Source: Phallusia mammillata
Taxonomy: Eukaryota
Length of the DNA: 64,000 nt
Direction: 5' to 3'
NCBI GenBank assembly: GCA_965637545.1
Contig: OZ281495.1
Location: 11,842,001-11,906,000 of the forward strand
This document shows, piece by piece, positions 47,627-58,700 of the stretch. The notes beneath the pieces were generated by a model. The model was not told where the DNA came from. It did not search any database and saw nothing but the letters and a program-made list of their open reading frames with translations. Numbering within the stretch: position 1 is the stretch's first letter; every line of letters begins with the position of its first letter. The position numbers were made by a program, and so were the translations under genes.

Positions 47627-50600
47627 TAGTACTTTGAAAGTGCACTTAAAAAATGAATAAAAAACATGTATTTGAATAAAAAAAATGAATAAAAAACATG
47701 ATTTGGGGTGTTTAATTAGGTATTTTTGATGCTTAGTCAAGCGTGTCTACATACTTTGTTTAAAATCCTAAAACACTTCACCGTGCCATGCAGAAACATA
47801 TGCGTGTTCGTGACGTTTTGTCGTATAGTCTTACTGATCATAACAGCACTACATTGTAATGTTTGTAAATGACGGCGTTGTAGATTTTTTTCAAGAATGA
47901 TCTAAATTCCCAAAGTTAAAATGAAACAAAATCACAAAGTTATTTTAGAAAATCGAAGTTTATTACGATTGCAAGTCATCGATTAACGGATGATTGCGTA
48001 GGTTAGAAGTCACACCGCCTTCAGTTTTCATTATCCCACCAACCATCTGATTCCTGGATGTCCTTTTGGGGAGAGTTATCGCTCTTGTGTGGCCGTGGAC
48101 CGGGTTCGCTCTCATAAGCAACGCGTTCATCTAACCAGGTAAAATGTAAGCTACTTTTCAAAATACTTTATCAATGCCAAACGTTACATTAGTTGAGCGA
48201 TGAACTACGGTTTAAGTTTAAAAGCACCAAATTTCAAAACCTTTTCCAGCTTCATCCTCTGACTTAGATCCTTGTCCGTCTTTCACAAGAAAAATACCCA
48301 CCAAGATGGCGACCAGAAGTAACTTGTTCATCTGCCAAAAAGGTAAAATTTGAGCAATACGTCTGATCTGTTTGTCACACTTGCTAATACCCAGGCATTG
48401 TGAAAAGGGCTTGAAGCACGGAGAAAACTGAAAACTAGAACCTACCTTACGTTTCAGTTTGGATGTCGACGTGTTACGACGATGTGCTTTATTGGAGTAA
48501 ATTGTGTTGCTTTTAAAACCCCTTATCCAGATGTTTTACTTTTTTCTTCTGCTTTCACGTAAAAAACTGCAAAGGAACGGAAAGGAAACAGATTGTTTCT
48601 GTTCTCCGTCGATTTTCACAAAACTACCTTTAACAGCTTGTAGCGAATGGACGCGAGTTTGTTACTACTTTGTTTGATTTTTTTGTGGAAATTTTCTGTT
48701 ACATGGGTCCTAATTTGAAGAGATCTCATTGCAAGTGAAACCATACAATTTATCGTTTTTAGATTCAATTTTTTTAGTCTTTGGTTTACGGCGACGGGAT
48801 ACACGTGTTCACATGCAGGAAAATTATTTCACCCAACTCGTTCAAAAATGAAAATGTGTTTGCTCATAGCAATGATTTATGAAAATCACACACAGTCTAT
48901 GAATAACCGGTAAAATATAAAACCACAACTCACATTAATTTCTGGTCGTTTTATTCGATTTGTTAAGACCATTTGCTTCCATGGAACAGGTTGTGTTGCT
49001 ATTCAAATCCTAAATCCAGATGCTTTGCTCCTTTCGTTGAAAAACATCGCAGTGAAAATGTTTCCAGTCGAATCTGTCGTATGAATCGACGCGCTGTTTC
49101 CGCATCAGTTACAGGATTTTTCTCGGCGCTTGGGTAAAGTAATGTTAACGCGTCAAAACAATATTTTTTTTATGCCACTTGATCCTGCTTTTTTCGAAGA
49201 AAAACCCACGTTCTGCTCTGTTGTTGAGTTTGCCAGTACTTGTCAGTTAAAAAAATGAATAGAAAACAACACGTAATTTGTTTGTATCCAACAGAAAACG
49301 AATACGTGGCTATGCCCATAATCATGTGCCAGTGTCTCCCTACTGATTCGTTCGCAGGTTTGGCAAGGTATACTGTGGTCCATGATAGATTTGTTGAATA
49401 CAGACGTCCAACTTCGGTTTTGTTTAATTGATTTGGGGTGTTTAATTACGTATTTTTGATACTTAGTCAAGCGTGTCTACATACTTTGTCACTTCACCGT
49501 GCCATGCAGAAACATATGCGTGTTCGTGACGTTTTGTCGTATAGTCTTGGCTGATCATAACAGCACTACATTGTAATGTTTGTAAATGACGGCGTTGTAG
49601 ATTTCTATCAAGAATGATCTAAATTCCCAAAGTTAAAATAAAACAAAATCACAAAATTATTTCAGAAAATCGAAGTTTATTACGATTGCAAGTCATTGAT
49701 TATCAGATGATCGCGTACGTTAGAAGTCACACCGCCTTCAGTTTTCATTATCCCACCAACCATCTGATTCCTGGATGTCCTTTTGGGGAGAGTTATCGCT
49801 CTTGTGTGGTCGTGGACCGGGTTCGCTCTCATAAGCAACGCGTTCATCTAAAAAGGTAAAATGTAAGCTACTTTTCAAAATACTTTATCAATGCCAAACG
49901 TTACATTAGTTGAGCGATGAACTACGGTTTAAGTTTAAAAGCACCAAATTTCAAAACCTTTTCCAGCTCCATCCTCTGACTTAGATCCTTGTCCGTCTTT
50001 CACCAGAAAAATACCCACCAAGATGGCGACCAGAAGTAACTTGTTCATCTGCCAAAAAGGTAAAATTTGAGCAATACGTCTGATCTGTTTGTCACACTTG
50101 CTAATACCCAGGCATTGTGAAAAGGGCTTGAAGCACGGAGAAAACTGAAAACTAGAACCTACCTTACGTTTCAGTTTGGATGTCGACGTGTTACGACGAT
50201 GTGCTTTATTGGAGTAAATTGTGTTGCTTTTAAAACCCCTTATCCAGATGTTTTACTTTTTTCTTCTGCTTTCACGTAAAAACTGCAAAGGAACGGAAAG
50301 GAAACAGATTGTTTCTGTTCTCCGTTGCTTTTCACAAAACTACCTTTAACAGCTTGTAGCGAATGGACGCGAGTTTGTTACTACTTTGTTTGATTTTTTT
50401 GTGGAAATTTTCTGTTACATGGGTCCTAATTTGAAAAGATCTCATTGCAAGTGAAACCATACAATTTATCGTTTTTAGATTCAATTTTTTTAGTCTTTGG
50501 TTTACGGCGACGGGATACACGTGTTCACATGCAGGAAAATTATTTCACCCAACTCGTTCAAAAATGAAAATGTGTCGAATTTGCTCATAGCAATGATTTA

Positions 50601-53600
50601 TGAAAATCACGCACAGTCTATGAATAACCGGTAAAATATAAAACCACAACTCACATTAATTTCTGGTCGTTTTATTCGATTTGTTAAGACCATTTGCTTC
50701 CATGGAACAGGTTGTGTTGCTATTCAAATCCTAAATCCAGATGTTTTGCTCCTTTCGTTGAAAAACATCGCAGTGAAAATGTTTCCAGTCGAATCTGTCG
50801 TATGAATGGACGCGCTGTTTCCGCATCAGTTACAGGATTTTTCTCGGCGCTTGGGTAAAGTAATGTTAACGCGTCAAAACAATATTTTTTTATGCCACTT
50901 GATCCTGCTTTTTTCGAAGAAAAACCCACGTTCTGCTCTGTTGTTGAGTTTGCCAGTACTTGTCAGTTAAAAAAATGAATAGAAAACAACAAGTAATTTG
51001 TTTGTATCCAACAGAAAACGAATACGTGGCTATGCCCATAATCATGTGCCAGTGTCTCCCTACTGATTCGTTCGCAGGTTTGGCAAGGTATACTGTGGTC
51101 CATGATAGATTTGTTGAATACAGACGTCCAACTTCGGTTTTGTTTAATTGATTTGGGGTGTTTAATTACGTATTTTTGATACTTAGTCAAGCGTGTCTAC
51201 ATACTTTGTCACTTCACCGTGCCATGCAGAAACATATGCGTGTTCGTGACGTTTTGTCGTATAGTCTTGGCTGATCATAACAGCACTACATTGTAATGTT
51301 TGTAAATGACGGCGTTGTAGATTTCTATCAAGAATGATCTAAATTCCCAAAGTTAAAATAAAACAAAATCACAAAATTATTTCAGAAAATCGAAGTTTAT
51401 TACGATTGCAAGTCATTGATTATCAGATGATCGCGTACGTTAGAAGTCACACCGCCTTCAGTTTTCATTATCCCACCAACCATCTGATTCCTGGATGTCC
51501 TTTTGGGGAGAGTTATCGCTCTTGTGTGGTCGTGGACCGGGTTCGCTCTCATAAGCAACGCGTTCATCTAAAAAGGTAAAATGTAAGCTACTTTTCAAAA
51601 TACTTTATCAATGCCAAACGTTACATTAGTTGAGCGATGAACTACGGTTTAAGTTTGAAAGCACCAAATTTCAAAACCTTTTCCATCTCCATCCTCTGAC
51701 TTAGATCCTTGTCCGTCTTTCACCAGAAAAATACCCACCAAGATGGCGACGAAAAGTAACTTGTTCATCTGCCAAAAAGGTAAAATTTGAATAATACGTC
51801 TGATCTGTTTGTCACACTTGCTAATACCATAAGGCATTGTAAAAAGGGTTTAAGGAACGAAGAAAAACTGAAAACTAGCACCTACCTTACGTTTCTATTT
51901 GGATGTCGACGTGTTACGACGATGTGCTTTATTGGAGTAAATTGTGTTGCTTTTAAAACCCCTTATCCAGATGATTTACTTTTTTCTCCTGTTTTCATGC
52001 AAAAAACTGCAAAAGACCGACAAGGAAACAGATTGTTTCTGTTCTCCGTTGCTTTTCACAAAACTACCTTTAACAGCTTGTAGCGAATGGACGCGAGTTT
52101 GTTATTACTTTGTTTGAGTTTTTGTTTGTGGAAATTTTCTATTACATGAGTCCTAATTTGAAGGGATCTCATTGCAAGTGAAACCATATAATTTATCGTT
52201 TTTTGATTCAATTTTTTTAGTCTTTGGTTTACGGCGCGGGATACACGTGTTCCCATGCAGGAAATATATTTATAACCCAACTCGTTCAAAAATGAAAATG
52301 TGTCGAATTTGCTCATAGCAATGATTTATGAAAATCACACACGATATATTAATTACCGGTAAAATATAAAACCACAACTCACATTAATTTCTGGTCGTTT
52401 TATTCGATTTGTTAAGACCATTTGCTTCCATGGAACGGGTTGTGTTGATATTCAAATCGTAAATCCAGATGCTTGGCTCTTTTCATTGAAAAACATCGCA
52501 GTGAAATGTTTCCAGTCGAATCTGTCGTATGAATGGACGCGCTGTTTCCGCATCAGTTACAGGATTTTTCTCGACGCTTGAGTAAAGTAATTTTAACGCG
52601 TCGAAACAATATTTCTTTTGTTACCAATTGATCCGGCTTTTTTCGAAGAAAAACCCACGTTCTGCTCTGTTGTTGAGTTTTCCAGTACTTTGAAGGGGCA
52701 GTTAAGAAATGAATAGAAAACAACACGTAATTTGTTTGTATCCAACAGAAAACGAACACGTGGCTATGCCCATAAGCATGTGCCGGTGTCTCCCTACTGA
52801 TTCGTTCGCAGGTTTGGCAAGGTATACTGTGGTCCATGATAGATTTGTTGAATACAGACGTCCAACTTCGGTTTTGGTTAATTGATTTGGGGTGTTTAAT
52901 TAGGTATTTTTGATGCATAGTCAAGCGTGTCTACATACTTTGTTTAAAATCCTAAAACACTTACACTTCACCGTGCCATGCAGAAACATATGCGTGTTCG
53001 TGACGTTTTGTCGTATAGTCTTGGCTGATCATAACAGCACTACATTGTAATGTTTGTAAAGACGGCGTTGTAGATTTCTATCAAGAATGAGCTAAATTCC
53101 CAAAGTTAAAATAAAACAAAATCACAAAGCTCATTGAGATAACCGAATTTATTACGATTGCAAGTCATCGATTATCAGATGATCGCGTACGTTAAGAGTC
53201 ACACTGCCTTCAGTTTTCGTTTTCCAACCCTTCTTCTGTTCCCCGGTTGTCATCTGGGGGAGAGTTATCGCTCTTGTGTGGTCGTGGACCGGGTTCGCTC
53301 TCATAAGCAACGCGTTCATCTAACCAGGTAAAATGTAAGCTACTTTTCCAAATACTTATTAATGCCAAACGTTAGATTAGTTGAGCGATGAACTACGGTT
53401 TAAGTTTAAAAGCACCAAATTTTGAAACCTTTTCCATCTCCATCCTCTGACTTAGATCCTTGTCCGTCTTTCACAAGAAAAATACCCACCAAGATGGCGA
53501 CCAGAAGTAACTTGTTCATCTGCCAAAAGGTAAAATTTGAGCAATACGTCTGATCTGTTTGTCACACTTGCTAATACCAAGGCATTGTGAAAAGTGTTTA

Positions 53601-53940
53601 AACCACAGAGAAAAACTGAAAACTTGCACCTACCTTACGTTTCAGTTTGGATGTCGACGTGTTACGACGATGTGCTTTATTGGAGTAAATTGTGTTGCTT
53701 TTAAAACCCCTTATCCAGATGTTTTACTTTTTTCTCCTGTTTTCATGTAAAAACTGCAAAAGACCGAAAAGGAAACAGATTGTTTCTGTTCTCCGTTGCT
53801 TTTCACAAAACTACCTTTAACAGCTTGTAGCGAATGGACGTGAGTTTGTTACTACTTTGTTTGAGTTTTTGTTTGTGGAAATTTTCTATTACATGAGTCC
53901 TAATTTGAAGGGATCTCATTGCAAGTGAAACCATATAATT

Positions 53941-54235
53941 CAGGGGTGGGCAACCTGCGGCCCGCGGGCCACATGCGGCCCTTGATTAAAGGTTGTGCGA
54001 CCCGCGAAGTCGCTTGGACTCCCAATGTACTGGCAAACAAGTCCAATTATTATATATTTTTGAGCAGATTAGTGCGCCTGTGCTATTTTTCTACGATTTG
54101 GCAATATGCTGCGAGAATCAAATACGAATTCTACTTGTAGTAAGGCATTTTTAATATGCAACGAAGTAAAATCATTTTGTGTTATATAAAGGTGCGGCCC
54201 GCGATCCCCACAGTGAAAAAGGTTGCCCACTCCTG
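53941..54235. mobile_element. hAT/Charlie MITE with a perfect 8-bp TSD in the last array unit
   Basis: TIRs CAGGGGTGGGCAAC / GTTGCCCACTCCTG; TSD ATATAATT at 53933-53940 and 54236-54243; the empty site CCATATAATTTATCG is seen in the sister unit near 52185. Confidence 0.92.
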
Positions 54236-54859
54236 ATATAATTTATCGTTTTTAGATTCAATTTTTTTAGTCTTTGGTTTACGGCGACGGGATACACGTG
54301 TTCACATGCAGGAAAAATATTTTTACCCAACTCGTTCAAAAATGAAAATGTGTTTGCTCATAGCAATGATTTATGAAAATCACACACGGTATATTACCGG
54401 TTAAATATAAAACCACAACTCACATTAATTTCTGGTCGTTTTATTCGATTTGTTAAGACCATTTGCTTCCATGAAACAGGTTGTGTTGCTATTCAAATCG
54501 TAAATCCAGATGCTTTGCTCCTTTCGTTGAAAAACATCGCAGTGAAAATGTTTCCAGTCGAATCTGTCGTATGAATGGACGCGCTGTTTCCCCATCAGTT
54601 ACAGGATTTTTGGCGTTTGAGTAAAGTAATTTTAACGCGTCGAAACAATATTTCTTTTGTTACTACTTGATCCTGATTTTTTCGAAGAAAAACCCCATGT
54701 GCATTGTTGCTAAGTTTTCCAGTGTTTGTCTGTTAAAACAAATGAGTAGTAATCAACACGTAATTTGTTTGGATCCAACAGAAAACGAACACGTGGCTAT
54801 GCCCATAGGCTGAGTATGCCCCTATTGATTCGTTTGTAGGTTTTGCAAGGTATACCGGT

Positions 54860-55034
54860 CAGTGGTGGGATTCATTTTGTCAGCCGTTCTATCAAAAAAG
54901 TCATATTTTTCAGCCGGTTCTGTTACAAAAAGTCCGTTGACAGTAACCAGTAACACTAACCGTTTCGCTGATCCCATAAAATTTCGTGGGACGGTTCTAT
55001 AGAACCGGTTCGAACCGGCTGAATCCCACCACTG
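54860..55034. mobile_element. Small hAT-type MITE
   Basis: Perfect 14-bp TIRs CAGTGGTGGGATTC / GAATCCCACCACTG; interrupts the GGTATACTGTGGT site of sister units; left TSD degenerate. Confidence 0.8.
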
Positions 55035-55753
55035 ACTGTGGTTCATTATACATTTGTGGACTACAGAGGTGCAACTTCGGTTTTGATTTAGGGTGTTTAA
55101 TTGTGTATTGTTGATGCCTAGACAAGCGTATCTGAATACTTTGTTTAAAAACCTGGAACACTTACATTTCACCGTTAAATGTCCCTTGTTTGTCAATTAC
55201 TGAAATCGTATGCTTATGGGCCAATGTAGATTTCAGTAATTTATGTTTTGTCATAATAATCCTATTTTAGGTTTCTTTTGAAGTTTGTGTTATACTTCTT
55301 AAAATTGAACTTTTTAGCCCAGCTATGAGCGTTGTAATCCCAAGATACACAAACACATATACGCCAGCGTGGGTTGGATAAACGTACTAATTTTTTTCGG
55401 CTTGTTACTCTTGACCGGGGTAAACTTACGATTTAAAGTATACCTGGCACAGTTTGTAGGCTTTTATGAAAACAGCATCCTAGCTGCTTTGAGTGAACAG
55501 CACTTTACCATTGCGCACAAGAGCACAATGGCTGAGACTGTTAAATCGTACATGCTGATCTTGTTACACAACCCGGGATCCAGTTTCAAACGCTATTGTT
55601 ATCCCACGCCCGACCTCTATGCGCAATACCACAGTACAAGCAGTAATATTACCAAATGCCATCCAGTACTTTTCCTGTAGAAGTTAGCTTTTCAGTGGCA
55701 GCTTTTATAAGTGCCTGTTTGTGACGTGATAACAGATCATTGACGCGATAAAC

Positions 55754-58700
55754 ATGAACACCGCAGTCATTTTTTGCTGTGTTCTGCTGGTTTTTGGACA
55801 TGCCAAAGGGCAGAATTTAAATCCAAGCTTGTTTGCAACAAGAGTAAATGAAATTGTTGAGGATTCCCTTAAGTTTTCTGATATGCAGGTACAAAATATA
55901 TGTTATCAACCAAATTGATTTTTTTTCTGTTGCCTTACACAGCAGTAAACCGATATCAACCTTTATTGCATTAATTATTCCGTGTATGCTTTTATTTTTA
56001 ATAGTGTCGGTGTAACTAGGCAGGTGTTAATATTACACGAGTTGTACCTAACGGGTGGCAAATTGATTTGACTAAAATCTGTTTAATGAAATTCTTTAAA
56101 TGTTACTGAATATATACCTTTTTCACCCAGAGTCATCTTGATTCACTTAGCTACAGCACTCAGACGACGGATGGTACAGCTTTATTGAGTGAGGTGGGTT
56201 AACATTTTGTAAACCGTTTACTTAAAATGGAAGGATATTTTTGCGGTAGTACAAACACAAGCATAACAAATACTTTAACACCTTGGGTTGCTCTCAAGCA
56301 AAACCAACCAACTAAGGTTATTGACGGTTTAGACCAGGTTTACCAAACAATAGCACATAAACCTTCAGACATAATCGTTGCAATAACAAACAAAAAAACA
56401 AGGGCTTAATACAGGGATCGGCAACCTTTTAGGCGACGGGTGCCAATTGACTTGTTGCGTGATAAAAACCATAAACTAGTAGTGTACCAGGTACTGTTAC
56501 TTCAACATAAACACGCAAATCGGTTGGCGTGCCATGAAAAAGCACCTCGCCTACCCCTGGCTTATTGTCTACAGCAGTGCTCTTCAACCGGTGTGCAAGG
56601 GTACACCGTGCACACCGGTTGAAGAGCACTGCCCTAGGGTGCACCAAAATATGCATGGGGTGCACCAGTACGAAAAGGTATACAAGGGTACATCACAAAC
56701 TTTTAATGCACCATTAATATTTGACTTTCAGGATATTAGAAATAAGATGTAGGCTTCAACTGATGCCTAATCCAGGTAAACTTTTTCAAAGTTTTATCCC
56801 TGTGTCAAGTTTGATGGTGTGTGGGTTACATTCGGGTTATGTTAGAATATCGAGTGTTGGCTTTTTCGCCGATGTTTCATAGAAAATTCGCGAACATATG
56901 CTTGGAGTTAATTGACATGATGATATATACATAATGATTTTTCATTTTAAGGGTTCACAAAACCAAAAAAGGTTGAAGAGCACTGGTCTACAGAAAACAC
57001 GTTGAGGCCTAACATTTATATAATATTAAATGTTATTACTTTACCCACTTGACCAAATGCAAATACTCAATCCAAGTTATAAAAGCAGCTCCTGTACGCC
57101 ATCTATAGTAATCTGAGCTTCTCGACCATTGAACCGACATGTCAAAACAGCCCTCATTGCAGCACTTATTCTTCAAAAGATCTTATGTGCCAACCTCGCA
57201 TATAATAGGCCTACTACGTTTTGTAGTTGAGCGTAACACTTGGAAACAAGTTCCGGAGCCGCATTGCTACTGTACAAAGTGTGCGTGAGGCGGTGGTTTC
57301 CGCGTATGGCGGCAATTCAGCCAACCAGATGTGTTGCAGTCTTTCATCAAACATTTTGACACAAGATACAAGATTCAATCAACCGGTAAGCTTGAAAAAA
57401 ATGCGCTGTTGTTTAAATAACGATATACTTTAAAAGTGCAATTCAACATAATTTTGGATGCCAAGTTGTAAAAAAACTCAACAAAGAGTTGTAAGTGGGC
57501 CTGAAATTCGAACCCTAACCCGGCCGGAACCCAAAAGTACAAACCCGAAGCCTGTTTAGGTCCGAAAATTTGATTAACAGGCCTTTACATAAAAGCCTGC
57601 AAAATGTACTTTACAAAATAGAATATAGAAGACATATACAATGACTTAAACAAGACGTTTTTAGTTCTGTTGAGCAATATGTAAGCCAAGAAGCCATTAG
57701 ATAATAAAAACTACAGACACAGAATTTCAAGTCAGGCCCCTAACCTGGCCCGACTTGCAGCTTTGACTTAATATATCGAAAGTTGCATTGTTACAATATA
57801 ATGTAGCTAACGTTTGCTAACAGGATTGTATAACCAAGATTCCAAATAAGAACTGAGTTTTTCGTTTCAAACACAGTTCACCATAAGTATCAAGCAAAGT
57901 TGAAATTTGTTTATTCTTTTAATACTATTATCAAATTTTCAGGTCTCGGATTCTCACGTGTGCGAACGTGTTTCATCCGCTGTATCAAGCGAGGCTGTGC
58001 GTCTCTCAGAGCTGTTTTTGGCGCAGTGCATCACCAACCTTCAGAACACACCAGCTTTAAAATGGCAGTACTTTGGCAGCGAGCAGGGCATTACTACCAT
58101 TTTTCCTGCCGCTTTATTCACCGATTGTTCTACTTACGACAACCGATTCAGGTTTGGAACTTTTTGGTAGTTTTATTTGAACCTAAAGTTTCATAATTAG
58201 ACCTTCGTATTAATATATCCAAATGACTGCCTAGGAAACATGTGTAGCTTAATTGCAAAGTGCTTTCCCAAATCTGTTTAGGGTTGTATGTAGTCCTATC
58301 TTTTAGGCTTGAAATTTAAGTTTACCATATGAGTTCTTTTGATAGACAGATCCACAGAAAAACCGCGAAATCTATGAGTGTATAAACATTCTTTACACAT
58401 GCACTTTTATGCGAAAAAAGTAAAATACTAGGTAGAATTTAAACAACTTGAAAATTTTGATCAAATTTTCCACAAGTCTAAACCCGGTCCGAAATCCGAA
58501 CCAGATTTAAAAATCCCTACACGACTGACTCAATGGCAATGTCAGTGTCATTTTTTTCTTTAGTTCATATCCCTCTATTTTCTATTGATTTCAGACCATG
58601 GTACGTGGAAGCCAGTGTGCCGGATGCGAAGCAGGTTGTGATAGTGATTGATACAAGCGGTTCCATGAGTCAAACGGACAGCAGTGGTGTGTCGTTTCTA

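Larger units (their letters stand above)
36060..55180 (+). repeat. Mosaic tandem array of about ten 1.4-1.9-kb units (~1.72 kb period in the youngest copies)
   Basis: The anchor GTAAAATGTAAGCT occurs at 36330, 37689, 40592, 43602, 45453, 48139, 49856, 51576 and 53328. A second anchor AACTT(G/T)TTCATCTG occurs 10 times. Identical ORF-track peptides recur 1716-1720 nt apart (48616/50332, 49240/50960). Confidence 0.95.

Noticed and set aside
49738-49855. tRNA/SINE or spliced-leader RNA gene as the array first exon (CCGGGTTCGCTCTC)
   Set aside because: The B-box lacks the invariant A and a T-stem, and I did not find the ascidian leader ATTCTATTTGAATAAG by eye.
38018-53750. Recurrent ORF-track peptides in the array (e.g. 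38018-38230, 43925-44179, 45714-46058, 48616-48804, 49240-49431) as a protein family
   Set aside because: Frames shift and stop at different homopolymer runs in different copies, the peptides occur on both strands, and no domain is recognisable.
36060-55180. CRISPR array or prokaryotic system
   Set aside because: Units are kb-sized with no short repeat-spacer structure, there are no cas genes, and the window is intron-containing eukaryotic DNA.
55369-55680. 103-aa ORF between the array and the VWA-Cache gene
   Set aside because: GTG start, no recognisable motif, no supporting splice structure.
53478-56193. Array micro-exons as protocadherin-style variable first exons of the VWA-Cache gene
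   Set aside because: The micro-exons end in phase 1 (the last copy has a 1-nt deletion), while exons 2-4 of that gene start in phase 0. The gene also has its own ATG and signal-peptide exon.
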